From the NCBI RefSeq assembly GCF_009914755.1, contig NC_060929.1: a DNA stretch of 64,000 nt, one strand, 5' to 3'. The position numbers and the translations under genes are program-made. Positions within the stretch are counted from its first letter, which is position 1, and every line of letters begins with the position of its first letter. The DNA is from the human T2T-CHM13v2.0 reference genome, Homo sapiens. The notes beneath the pieces are model-generated. The model worked only from the letters and a program-made list of their open reading frames with translations. It did no database searches and was not told the DNA's origin. This document shows positions 45,701 through 59,715 of the stretch, one piece after another.

Positions 45701-46398
45701 AACCGGACTGTAAAACGAGTGATATAGTTTATCTAATTATAGGCTATTAAAACTGAAGTTTTAATAGCAACTATTTCCATTGCTTTTCCCTCAAGATCTA
45801 TGATTTTCCTGGGCCCCGAATGTCTTTATTGATCAGCTGACTCAAATGACAATTGTAGATCAATATCTTACCAACAGTTGACGTGCGCTAATATCAAGGA
45901 AATAAACCTGATACTTGTATACAGAAAAAAGTGATATGCTGCATGTATAATGATAATTTTATATTAAATAAATCTGAAATCTATATATTAACAACTGAAT
46001 TATATAGAATATATGACTCTAGCAACAACTATTTTTAAAAAGTAGTCCGTTACATGTATTTAACACTTGTCCATTTAGAAAACATTTGTAATAGCCAGAC
46101 TGTAGTATCCCTAAAATACATCTACCCTTTGGGAAAAGGTCACCGTTTAGAAACAGTATGCTAGATGAGAAGTTTGATCATGGTCCTGGATCATGGGCCC
46201 TGACTAAGGGCCTACCATGTGCAAGGTACTCAATTAGACCCTGTGACGGACCCACAGGAGGGAAGACATTCCCTCAGGTAGCTTCCACATACTTGAGACC
46301 TACATACAAGGAGAGATGACTTGCAATCTTTGCAGTCTAGCCTGGCCATCCAGTGAGTGCCCCAGGCAGTGTGTCCCATAAAAGTATCAGCCCTCACA

Positions 46399-46596
46399 AT
46401 ACTGTTTCTCAAAGTGAGGACCATACAGGCCATACAGATCAGAATCATCTCTTGGGGACAATTCCTAAAAAAGATGTATTCTAGGTCCCACCTCAGAATT
46501 GCTGAATCAGAATCTCTAGATTTAGAGCTAGGGAATATGCATTTTTACAATCGATGTACATGATAATGGTGCCTACTAGAGTCTAAAAACCATTGC
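46399..46596. mobile_element. MER5-type DNA transposon relic
   Basis: TGTTTCTCAAAGTG...TGCTGAATCAGAATCTCT...GGAATATGCATTTTTACAA. Confidence 0.75.
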
Positions 46597-46842
46597 CTTT
46601 GGAACTGAGGTGGACTCCAAATACATAGGATTTATTCTGTTCTATGAAACAAGGATTTGGTTAGACAGAACCAGCATCTCAAGTGGAAAAAACAGTGCAA
46701 GCAAAGTCCTGAAGGGGAGAAGGCCCAAGGTGAGTTTAGGGGGAAATACGGAAGGCAGGTGGGCCATATTTGGAAGGTTTTTAAATGTAAGCAGATGACA
46801 ATATTTGGTCCCAAGTTATCAGCTTTATTAGACAACAATATA

Positions 46843-46924
46843 TTTGATTGGTGCAAAAGTAATTGAGGTTTTTTGCCATCAAAAGTAATGGCAAAAAACC
46901 TCAATTACTTTTGCATCAACCTAA
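46843..46924. mobile_element. MADE1 (Hsmar1-derived mariner MITE), palindromic
   Basis: TTGGTGCAAAAGTAATTG...CAATTACTTTTGCATCAACCTAA inverted repeats flanked by TA; 82 bp. Confidence 0.95.
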
Positions 46925-47351
46925 TACATTCTGAGGACAGGTCTACCCATGATCCAGAAATTCTTCAGTGCTTTCTTCCAATAATGAAATCAGATTCCAC
47001 TGATATTCAGCTTTCTATTTCTTCTGGTTAGTATAAATATGGCCTTATTGAACAATAGATAGGTCCTTTAATGTATTTAAAAGTCAGGCAGGGCCCCAGT
47101 TTCTTAATTCTCCCCTTGTTTAGGAGGAATATAATTACTCAGAAGTAATTAAAAGATCTGAGCTATTCTGTTCATTCTGAATTTGCAAGATATTTGTACT
47201 TTGGAACCTACTGGTACTAATTAGAGCCTCTTATTTTGCAATCACTCATAATTTGTTTCTTCCTGAGCTAATCTCGCTCATGAATGTGTGATCAAGCTAC
47301 ACTCAGCTCTTCATTAATGTGTGCACCGACCCCAATTCCAAGCGCACTTAA

Positions 47352-47627
<276 letters not shown>

Positions 47628-48834
47628 TAAGTAGCCAAGATTTGCTTCCTTGGTACTCCCTCTCCCCTCCCTATCTCAGGAATGAAGCTTCTGTGTCTGC
47701 TACAAGCCTCCAATGCCACAATGCAAGCTGTTGAGGGGGCTCTTCTTCAACACCTATGGGCCTGAAAGATTCCAGCCACCCAAGATCTTCAGCCCTGAGG
47801 TTGGAAACTGACCTGGGGGCCTCAGCTTGCTGTGACTGTCACTGCCCATGTGTTCTTCCCCATGCCTCACCTTCCTCCTCCAAGTGCGTGAAACATCAAT
47901 GAACCTTGTGCTTTTGTCGTGTGATCTGTAACACCCCATCCTTTACCAGACACCCCTGCATCCAACAACGCTATGAACAGAGTTCTCCAGCAACCTGAAT
48001 TCTTTGACAGAAGGTGGTTTATAATGTTTGTCTCAAAAGAAACATAAACATGTTGTCCAAATGAAAAATCAAATCTTTCGAGTCCTGAGACTCTGGCTGT
48101 GGAAATCGAAATAGCATCTAATGAATAGCACCAAATTAATTATAGCACCTATTCTTACCTAGAGACTGATTTATTTAGCAAGATATAGACGGTTTGGTAA
48201 AGAAGCAGAGTGGACTTTACTTTCACGAAAAGAAATCCTGATATTCATTCTCAACAGCTGAGGAAGAGTCCTGTAGACATGGAGTCACAATACCTAGATT
48301 TAATTCTGACTGTCTTACAAAAGGTAAAACATATCATCTTCCAGCCCTTAGTTTCCTCATCTGTAGAGGGAGGATAATTGGCCCAGCCCTTCCTAGGTCT
48401 GAAGTGGTTGTGAGTTCAAATGGTATAATTTATGTTGAAGGTCACTGAAAACAGTACACTGTGAAGTCACCTATGAGACATTATGTCAATTACAGAAGGA
48501 TTAAATCATTTGGGGGAAGAGTTGCATTTCAGGAAGGGTAAGAAGGATTAATAAAGTTTGCAAAATGATGGAGAGGGATTCCTAACCCATCTGGATATGA
48601 CATCTGGGTCTACCTCTGCCTCCACTTTATTCATTTATCTTAATAATACTAAGCCCCAACATTGTTCTGGGGACTGGGCTAGTAGCTGGAGCTACAATTT
48701 TGAACAAGATAGACATAGTCCCTGTCCTCATGCCACTACATTCTTGCAGGAGAGACAGACATTAAAGAAATAATTAACATTTAATGACAATTCTAATAGA
48801 TACTAGGACAGTCTATAAAAGGGGACCTAGAGAA

Positions 48835-49410
48835 CATCTACTTCCTGCAATGTAGCAGAACAAAATTCTCACTATGAAACAACGAGATATGCTGGATAAG
48901 ATATAACAAATAGCCTTTTAAGTGCAAGTTAAGAAATTCCTAGGATCAAAAAGAAAAAACAAATCAAAACTAGAACTAAAAGCGTAAGCTTATTATTCTG
49001 GGACTACGCTAAGCAAGGCAAAGTTATAAATTATGTGACAATCTACATGAGCAACAATTAACAGTACAACTAAAAACATAAGGTAATCAAAAACATCAGA
49101 GGTGGGGGAGGGGGGAATCAAAGGACATTCCCCAGAGTAACACACAGAAAGATGAAAAGAAAATGTAACACAGAGTTTAAGAGACATGAAAAAGAAAAAA
49201 ATTGAGTCTGCTGTGAGTTCCAGACAGAGACAAGAGAGAATGAAGTGGAGGCAATATTTTAAAGAAATTTTCTGGAATTTATGGAAAGCATAAATCCTCA
49301 GATTTGAAAATCAGTCTTAAGCATAATAAATAGATAAAAATCAGCAGCTGATTCAATTGAAAGCAGAACAATAAAGACAAAGAGAAGATCTCAAAGCACC
49401 CAGATATAAA
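48835..49410 (+). mobile_element. Ancient L1M 5'UTR/ORF1 fragment inside an L2
   Basis: A-rich ORF1-like sequence (GAGTTCCAGA...GAGGCAATATTTT...AAAGACAAAGAGAAGATCTCAAAGCA). Confidence 0.55.
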
Positions 49411-52400
49411 AAGGTTCAATTTGGTCTGCAGGATGAGTGGGGCATGGCTGGGAAGACAGGTCCAAAGATGTTTTTTTCAAGCTGCAGTTTGACAGATTAA
49501 TAGGAGTTAACTAAGTGAAGTGAGGAGAAGGGAAGAAAAGAGTAGTTGAGGCAGAATAAATAGCATGTGCAAAGATTCTAAGGCAAGAAATCATTGCACA
49601 GTCGATTAACCAAAAGCCACTAAGTGTTCTTGGAACACAGGTAATAATACAGAGGAGAAATGTTTAAGCTGAGATTGGAGGATGAGGTGGGGAAGAATTT
49701 TATAAAGAACTTTTGTCTTTATTCAAAGAGGAATGAAAATACTTTGAAGAACTTTAAGTAATTATCGGAAAATTGAGAGAATAAAGATACCTGGAGAAGT
49801 GTAGACATAATTGAATATGAACTAATGAAGACAAATCAAATGGCCTGGTATTTATCAGTCATGTGTTTTTGCCTGGTTGAATCTAAAAGACTCTTTACAA
49901 GTTTGAGCAAAGTTCAAAGGGGATTCAAATGATAGTGTTTGGCAACGAAGAGGCTTTTATCTCAGAAACTTATTGATCATCAGCCTAGAAAGACTCAAAG
50001 TAGAGAGTGAGTTTTTATAGTTCCAGGAACATCAGTGATACCTCAATATTACAATTTACTGAAGGTTTCGTGAGTCAAGGACATCCACATAAATACATGG
50101 ATGTGAAGTTAAGAAAACAAAGCACAGACACATAACATAATTTGTCCAATCAATAGAGTACCTCTGTCATCCCATCCCACACATAGTTTCCTGGAACAAG
50201 GTAACAACTCAGGAAATACTGTATATTTCCTGATACTGGAAATACTGGAGTGACATGAACCTAAAACTCAGGCCATTTGGCACTCAAATGACTTTCCACT
50301 ATAATAAAAACCATCATTGAGTCAGTGCCTATTAAGTGCCACTCACCGTGGTACATGCATTATCTCTTATAACCCTTGCAACATGACTATGAAGTACCAT
50401 TATTTCCATTTTACAGATGAGGAAACAGAGTAAGAGTTAAGTTGCCTGATCAGGTTGACACAGCTAATAAGGTAGAAGCCAGATTTCAAGCCCTGGCAGT
50501 CTGACTTCAGAGCCTATGGCTGTAACTCACTCTAATGCTGCACTGGGCTTTATGAATGACAGCACCATTAAAGGCAGGGGACTGGACTTGGGCCAGGTCC
50601 TTTGCACCTATTCACATGAGCCAAATAACCACCAACTTGGGAATTAAAACCAGACCTTTGAAGTCCAGAGCAACCACTCACCACTCTGAAGGCAAAAGGT
50701 GATAATGGACACTGACTTTAACACACCCAGCACCATTCCTTTGAGGAGTAACCCTGCTTTTATGGATTTGCTTGCTGAAAGACACTTTCTAGAACAAACA
50801 ATGAAAATAATTCTGCTTCATAATAAAAAACTAATTCTTTTGCATACATCTCTGTAAACACATAACAAGCCATTTATTGATTTCAAAAAAGAGAGCAAAA
50901 GAAAAGGAGAGAGAAATGAAAAAGCAACATGTTTCAAATACAGATCACTGACGACTGAACTGCAAGTCAAGAACACCCAAATGATGGTCATATGCTCCTG
51001 TCTTCCTACAGCGCTCCTTTCTCTCCAGTGCAAACCTGATGGTAGTCATGGGGCCATCATAATTCCTGATTCAAAAACAAAAGAGTAACGCTCGTCTTAA
51101 AAGGGCCTCAGGTGTCTGGCCTAGGAAAGTTCCTCTACCCTTAATGGGATTCTGCTTCTCATCTGTGCATTAAAAGGGAACACTGCTAGCAACCAATAAT
51201 ATAGAGGTTCCACAAAACACACCATTAAAGAATGGTTGCAGAAAATATGAGTAACCACGCCTCTCCTACACCCCAACCCCCCCTCCCCCCCCACACACAC
51301 ACACTCCAGCCAAGTTTCCATTATAACTCTTTTTCACACCCCATATGATGCCATTTGACCCAAGACATGGTCAAACTCCAAAGAGTTATGGCAAACCAAA
51401 TACCACAAACACATGTGCCTGTTCCAGCAATCCTAGATCCACTGACTTGATCCCAGGAAACCATTCTGCATGACAGAGGTGGACAGTAAGGAGAAGAGTA
51501 AAGACATTTGTGCTTCCTTTGGACCCATTGAAGAGGGGCTGATATATGCTTAAAGATAACCTGGCAGAAGAAGTCCAATTTTGTTCAAATTATTTTGAAT
51601 CATAAAAAATACTTTTTTAAAGGACTGTTTAACTACTCACAAGGCTGCAAACTCTTTGGAAGTGTTTACACTACAAAAAAAGTGCTTGAGTTTGTTCCAG
51701 GTATTATTATAAACTTCTCTTCAGCCCTATCAAAGGTAGGGTTTTTGCAGCTTTCACAGGCAGATGTCCTCCAGGCTTACTGCCTGTAGTTGTATCAAGA
51801 GAGGACCTTTCTGGCTGTCCTCCTCCACTACTTGCTCTCCATAAAGCCAGACTTCACTGTGCCTGTGGGGCATTCACTCTCTTACAGCCTGCCTAGAACA
51901 AGCTCCAGATTTCTCCAAGACAGATCACCCAGTTATGCTTCAGAAGATCAGATAACTGACATCTAAGGCCCAAATGTTCCTCCAAAACTTGCCAAGTCTA
52001 CTTGGCAGAAGCCAGGCCATGGTCCCCATAGAGTGTTAAAAAGCTGTGTTAGTGACAGAATGGGGCTTTTGTTTATTTGTTTGTTTCTTCTGCTCTGGAA
52101 ACAAATACTCTGATGAAGCAAGGTGGTTCAATCCTTGATTTTCCATTTGGACAGGTGGTGTTTCTTTGAAACAGATGCTGTTTGTTGGCTGTCACTGCAT
52201 GTTTGGGGGTGGGAGAGGGGCTGTTATGTTTCACAAGCCCTCAGGTTGTAGATAAAGACCTATGCAGCCAACGTCACTCACTAGGGAAAGGCAATTGGTA
52301 AATCCACTAATTATGATCTATTGGCCCTTTTGGTGCCAACTTAATGTATCTTGCTAGCCTAAACTGAAATGTCTTTTCTTTATTATGATGAATACTTCCT

Positions 52401-54261
52401 TTGATGTGTTCAAATTTCCTAAGTGAGGGGGCTTAGCCCACGTTTTATCAACCTAAGAAAGAATCCACACCAGATTGGCCTCAGTTAAAATGTCACCTGA
52501 TGATTCTCTTTCACAAACTACCTACCAGGAGTTTAACGGATTTGCTAAGAGTTAGACCCTAATCAGGACATTGGTCAAAGTCTGGTCTTTAGCTGTGACT
52601 GTGGTTACATGGAGTCTTCTTTGGTCTCTGTGATCATGACATGTTTGTCTTCTGTCATGTGTCTTGTTTATGCCAGATGTATGGGCCAAGGGGGCAGGAG
52701 TGCAGTACAGCTTCACCCTGCAGCTTACCGGGTAATGGGCACCCAGGAAGGTCTGAGACCCACTCTCTGTGCTTTCCATTTAGCTTCACCGATTGGTTTC
52801 CAAATACCTTCTCACACAAAGCACTGTGCATAATGCTGCAGGGAATGGCAGTGAGAGATGCAATCCCAGTGCTTAAATAATGCATCATCAAATACAGCTC
52901 ATGAGCAGAATTATGTAGATACCTATTATCCTACCAATGCCATAAGAGAGCCAGAAACACTCAAAAAAAAAAAAAAAAGGAGGAGAGTCAACGTTTGCGT
53001 GGTAGGATTTGCAATGGTGGAAGAATTGTGGAAGAATTGTGATAGATGGGAAGTGGGGAGAGGAGGCTTCATATTAGGGGCTGAAGAGGAAAAGAGAGCA
53101 AATGCAGAAACGGAAAAAAAAAACATGGGGCTTGTTTTCAGGAACAACAAGGGGTCCACTTTAACCAGAGAATTCATTAATAGGTAGGAGTGATTGGCTG
53201 CGGTCATATTGTGAAGAATCTCAAATGTCTCTGCATGTTTTACTATGTCAGTAGGAGCCACTGAAAGTCATTTACAGGGAGGGACATGATTGGACAGGCT
53301 CCTGGAGATTACCCTGGCGGTGGTTTGCGATACGCATCAGAGAGAGGAGGATCACAGGGAAGGAAGTCATTTAGAAACCTGTTGTGGTCATCTTGGTAGG
53401 AGATAATGAATGTGGTCATGAGTTACAACGGGATGCAGACACTTGGGAGAAGTGGTGGGCTCTATGTTCGTCACTAGTCATATCCTTCACTTTAAAGCTG
53501 GGAGGTTTGGAAAAGAAGTCTGTTACGTAAGCTTTCTGGGGCTTTTGTGCCCCTGCCTAAGGCTTGACTGGGTACAAACTGATTTTGGCAAGGACAGAAA
53601 ATGGAAAAATACGGGATTTACCTCCCAAACAGAATAATTGCTGCCACCTCAATTTTACCTCTGAAATGCCTACCTGGTTAAGAAAGGCATCCCTGGAAAG
53701 GACACAAGCTTTCCGGCACACCAGCAAGAATGATGAAGGCCGTCGATCACCTTTACTTACTCCCTGCTGCATTGACTATATCTGGCCTTTATCAATTTTT
53801 TCATATCACATGAGCTCAGAATTGTTCATCACCATTTTAGCCTCACTGGCATTCCCATTGAGTATATTTTTTTCTCTCTTCACACAACCCTGTGCTGGAA
53901 AATATTTAGCAAAAGTTGCTTGTGTATATTGGCATCTGGCTAAAGAAAAGGAGGGTGGTTAAGGCTATGAGTCGGGAAGAGGTATCACCAAGGTTTTGTA
54001 GGGAAGGCTGTCACTTTCAGGGACTGAGGGTTTCCTCCTAGTTGCTCATCCCCCATACTGGGACGATAAAACATGCTTGTATCTTCCATGAAGTCCAGTA
54101 GGCCTTCCCTGGAATCCTTTTTTTGCCTAATGCTAACCTGAGTGCTACAGAAGGCCATAGAGAGTTCTCTTCTTTTAGAGAATCACATTGACCCAGAAAA
54201 TAATTGGGAAACAAATAAGCAAGTGCTTTTTTGTGTGGCATTAAGTCGATTGCTCTAAAGA

Positions 54262-54438
54262 GCCCTTCCCAACTTCGGTGTGTATCAAAATTACCTAGGG
54301 AGCTGGTTTAAAATGCCCCTTCCTAGACTCTAATCCTTGAGACTTCTGATTTTGCAGATCCAGGAATATGCAATTTGAACAAGTCCCCCAGGTGCCTCTG
54401 TTCTAAGTAAACAGCAGTCCACTCTGGGAACAAGGGCT
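54262..54438. mobile_element. MER5-type DNA transposon relic
   Basis: ATCAAAATTACCTAGGGAGCT...CAGGAATATGCAATTTGAACAAGTCCCCCAGGTG. Confidence 0.65.
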
Positions 54439-55377
54439 AGAAGAGGTCAGGGAGGCGATGTGCTAGTGGTCTGAGGAGGCAGAACATGAGGAGGAGGCCC
54501 TGAAGGAATAGGGGGATGAATATGATGGGAGATGACCAGGAATCCTCATGGAATGGTTCACAACCCGAATTCCTGGAGTCAGATCACCTCCACTCAAGTA
54601 TAAGGCCCGTTACCTTGCCAGAGTTTGACCTCACTGGGTAAGTCACTAGAACTTCATAAACGTCTGTCTTCTTATCTGAAAAATTGGAATAATAATTTTG
54701 TGCAGCTGCTTTGATGATCTGATGAAATAGCATGAAGTGCCCATTACAGAGGATACTTATTAGTGTTCATTTTCTACCCCTCTCCTCCTCCCATTAGACC
54801 TACTAAAAAGTCACTTTTGAGCCAAAGAACTTATTTTTTTCTTTTTTGTAAAACCAACTGTGTTCATCAGAAATGCACATGAGCCCCACCCTCATCCCCC
54901 TCACACACACTGGCTGCATTAGAAATAAAATATCTCTGAGAACAATTTGTGGTCCTCCCCCACAGAGAACATGCTAAAAAATAAAGCCCTAATATTTCTT
55001 TTTCTCCCTCCCTCCCACTCTCACAAGTAACAGCCTGTCTTCCCATAGTATAGTACTGGTGCAGAGCCTGCTGCTGCTGATAAATACAGTATGTCCCAGG
55101 GAAATGACAGTCCCTTTCAATTAGTCCTTGCCTCCTGATGGGTAGCCAGGGATGCTTGTTGTCATGGTAACCCCATGAACTCTGTGACCCAGGTCGGGCC
55201 TGATCAGAGACAAAGCCCTCTGAGTGGAGAGGCTGGATTTATTTGCATCCTCAGAAGAGCTGGAGAGAAAGGAAGAGAAGGAGGAAATGGGGGGATAAAA
55301 GGAGAGATAGAAAAAAATGGGAGGGAGGTTGGGAGTGAGGGAGGTTGGGAGGGAGAGACAAAGGAAGGAGGGAGGCA

Positions 55378-55425
55378 GAGAGACAGAGAGAGAGAGAGAG
55401 TGTGTGTGTGTGTGTGTGTGTGTGT
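55378..55425 (+). repeat. (GA)n(GT)n compound microsatellite
   Basis: Directly visible. Confidence 0.95.
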
Positions 55426-55849
55426 TTCAATAGAGACTGGAGGTTTGCAAAGGAGAGAAGCTTTCTCAGGTCAAGACATGTGGGATGCATTTCAGAGAGT
55501 ACCAAGAAAGCTTCCTAAGAGACTGGTGCGCTAGTCCGGTGCAAAAGTCCAGACAAAGGAGTGGCAAGCGCTTTATTTAGCATTTTAGGGGTGGTGATAA
55601 GACTTGTTGTTAATATTATTGAACACTGACTCATCTCAGGCACTCCTAAGAAGTGATGTGCATTATCCTATTTAATCCTAACAACACCGTGGAGGTAATA
55701 TTGTTTTCACCTTCATCACATAATTCAACCTGATTCCAGACCTCTTCTCACCCATTAGGCAAGAATGCCCTCTCAAAGATGTAAGGAGGGAAATTATGAG
55801 GAAGGGATGATTATTCAGATAATAAAGATTATTTAATCACCACCCCCCA

Positions 55850-55850
<1 letters not shown>

Positions 55851-55892
<42 letters not shown>

Positions 55893-55902
55893 CACACACA
55901 CA
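55851..55902 (+). repeat. (CA)n microsatellite
   Basis: About 25 CA units with two interruptions. Confidence 0.95.
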
Positions 55903-56752
55903 AATAGCATTGGTCCTGCCCAACCAATATACAAATAAGAAAACAGGTTATACAATATACAAATAAGAAAACAGCAGAAAGCTTTCTTTCTGCTCTATTT
56001 GAATTCCCTAGGGAATGCTTGCTTGACTGCACCATTTGTACTTGTGGGGAATAAGGAACCTCTCCAGGATCAGAGCCATATCACAGGTGGATGTCTTACC
56101 CTATAACTACATAAAAATGCAAAACTGTGCATCTGATGCATATTAAGGTTCCCCTGCTTGTCCATAACAGATTGAACCAAAAACATCCCTAAAGATTTTT
56201 ATGCTCCTGAAAATTCTATATGTTTTTTGTTTCTTTCAGCAATGTAAAACAGGTCATTTTAAACCAACTGTGCCATAAGTTTAGAGGGTGGGGTAGGGGA
56301 GCCTTACATTCGTTTTATACCAATTATGTGCTGGGCAATGCATTCAGTGCCCTATGATGGTCATACATTAATCCTTCCCTCATCTTTTGATTTAGATATT
56401 ATCATTTCCCTTTCATAGTTTAAAAAACTAAGATTCAGAGGGTAATGCTTTACCCAGGTTCTCAAAGTGATTTGTGGAACAGTGCTTAGGTACAAACCCT
56501 GACTCTGAAATCCTCATTCTTTCCACAGCCCACCTTTGTGCTAATCAAGACTCGCATCACTGCCTTAAAAGGTGGCATCCTCAAAACGTCCAGGGAAAAC
56601 ATCAGGGGACATGAGATGTCAGATGGCCTCCACAAACCAAGCACTCTGTCTTGAAGCACTAGGCTAGGCTGCAGATCCACGCTGCTTATTTGTTTTGGAG
56701 GATTCTGGTGAAATCACAAAGACAAATGGGCAGTAACTCTGGTTAGAGCCCA

Positions 56753-57058
<306 letters not shown>

Positions 57059-59109
57059 TAGAGCTCCATTTTATAATGCCTGGTTGAGAAGCTCATAAAT
57101 GGCAAAGCAACACATTAAAGAGAGAGAGGAGGAAGGTGGTGAAAGCGAGGTGGCAGGGATGTATCTGGGAAGATAAATAAGGGAAATGAATGGCCTTTAC
57201 CTAGGTGAGAACAGCAGCTCAGTGCAGGCTGTGATTTGCCCACTGAAGCACTGCTCCTCCTGCTGATACACAAATTGCATGTTGCTTTCTTTTAAGAGGC
57301 TGTCTTGGTCAAAAATAGCATCTCTTTTTTTCCTCTCTCTCCCTCCCATCAGCAACTTAATTTCAGACTTGCTAGGTCTTTTGCGTTTTCTAGGAAGGCA
57401 GCTGCTGTAATACAAAGGAAGACCAGGAAAGAGACGGATTGGATATCTGTCTCAGCTCTGCCACTTGGGGCTTATGGGTTTGGAAAGCAAATGTGTTTTG
57501 GTGTTCCTGAGACCTGAATTCAAATTCTGCCTCCCGCATTTACGACCCATGTGATCTTGAGAAAGTAGCAAGCTGCAGTATCACCCTGAAGTCAAGACTG
57601 GTATGAATCCCAGGTCTGCTAGTTAATAACAACTGTTTCTTGGACAAGTGACTTCATCTCCTTAAGACTTAGTTTTCACCAAATGTAAAAAACTGGAGGT
57701 AACTCTGGCATTTATTTCCGTAGTTGTCAAGTGTGATTAGATGAGATAATACAAAGTGTTTAGCACAGTGCCTGGCACATAGTAAAATGACTGACAAGTG
57801 TTAATTATCCTTATTTAATGTCTTTGAAGCTTAATTTTCTCATCTTCCAATCGAGATCTTCCTATGAGATTCATAAGATTGTCTTGTGAATACAATGAAT
57901 CCCTTATGAAGAGTTCATGGTGTATGAGGAGTTCTTGAATATGAATCCATTTTTTTCCCTGTTCTCCTTCCCTTTTGGCCCTCCACACTCACCATCTCTT
58001 CTGTTTGTGTGAGTATCTGACCCAAATTAGTGGCAATTACCTTCTCTGGGCTACACCACACTACAATTGTTAACATTGCAATATGGCAGAAATTTCAGAA
58101 TACCAAATGTTCAGCTAACAGCCACACTGCATTCCTCTATATGCCTGAAGGTAGAAATTTCCAGTGTCTGAGAAGCCCAGTCTCGGAGGGCAGGCAGAAA
58201 GGAAGGAATAAGGGGTAGCCCTGAGCTGAACCCATGCTGAGAAATTCCCAGCCATCTGTCCCTGTAACATTTTGTGAATGGTCCCACAGGCTAAGATCAT
58301 GGCTTAACAATCATATCTAATCAGCCTGTTCCTCAGAGTGAAAGGGGCAAAAGCCCAGGTGAATCCTAACCAAAGGAACCAACTTCCTCTCACACAGTAA
58401 ACCAGCAGAGTCCCCAAACAAAGAAAATCAGGCAGGGAAATTTGCATATATTATTCATCCTTCCTCAGAACAAACGTCTAGTAAACAAAGAGCACAATGA
58501 ACTCTTAATCATATTCTTTATTCCCATGGGAATAAAATGTATTCCTTTAGAGGAATAAAAAAAAAAAAATAGTTGCATTAGTCAAGCCAGTCTCCCTGTG
58601 GCCCACAAACACAACTTTCCCCCACTCCTGTATCTTCGCTTGTATTGCTTCCTTCTGCCCTCCACCCATATTTCCAGGTCAACGAAGCAAAGGCCAACTC
58701 TCCCAGAGAATCTAGCAGAGAATTTAGCATGCAGGAAACCCCTGCTGATTGCTTATCACATAGACCAGTTCCTACCCAGCCAACTTCCATGTACATGATG
58801 ACTTTCTGAGCACATAATCAAATCAGTTGCTGTGCCTGGTCTGTCTGATTCATGGAGAATCAGGAAATACTAGTCCTACTATATAGACCACATAACACAA
58901 ATTAAACCAACTGACAACTTGTAGGTCTCTTTGGCCATTACTAATAAACATCCTAAAGGCAACAAATGCAAGTACATGACCATGGTCATGCAATTTATTT
59001 CTACCAACATTCCAAGTATAGTATTTTCAAAATGCCAAGTCAGTACTCTTAAGGGAAACAAGGATGAATAAACTATGACATTAGCACTTCCAAGATTCAT
59101 CATCTAGAG

Positions 59110-59715
59110 CAGGGACCGCAACCTCAAACACCCCAGGGCCAGGTAAAGAAGACGAGTAAAATGGGCCAGGGGTAAAACCTATGTGGTTTTCTCATTTTTA
59201 ATAGAGTCATGAGTACAGACAATATTTCTCTAAGAAACAAATCCACAGTGCAAACACTATGGTAAATAATAATTATAGTTAATATTTATTGAAGACTTGC
59301 TATCTATAGCAAGCAATCTCTAAATTCTCATATGCATTTCCTAATTTATGTAATCCTCACAAGAACCCAATGAAGTAGGTACTATTAATAATCTCATTTT
59401 ACAGATAATGAATCAGTGGCACAGAGAGACTAATTAACTTGTCAAAGTTCACACAGCGAGTAAGTGGCAGAGCCAGAATTTGAACCCAGATAGTCCAAGT
59501 TCAGAGTCTATGCTCTTATCAATCACACAATGCTATAAATGAAAGCTGACACTGAGGATCACAGGAAATGATGAAGACTAGTGAACAGGGCTATGTGTCT
59601 TATCTAGACGGGACAGTCTCCACTCATTCCAGTCTAATGTTGACATGTAGGAATGTTGTCACATATTCTCATTTTTCAAAAGAAACTAGAAATCTCAATT
59701 TTTATATAAACTATA
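59110..59715 (+). mobile_element. Probable MER45-like hAT relic interrupted by a MIR (~59270-59535)
   Basis: CAGGG...CAACCTCAAA...CAGGGCCAGGT start and TTTTTCAAAAGAAACTAGAAATCT near the end; MIR core CATTTTACAGATAATGAATCAGTGGCACAGAGA between. Confidence 0.5.

Noticed and set aside
52963-52978. Isolated poly(A) tracts (also ~16299, ~30909, ~58557) as further mini-insertions
   Set aside because: No flanking target-site duplication visible, unlike 14463-14513.
57869-57891. Short imperfect hairpin ATTCATAAGA-TTG-TCTTGTGAAT
   Set aside because: Ten-bp AT-rich stem with a wobble in repeat-derived context; expected by chance in 64 kb.
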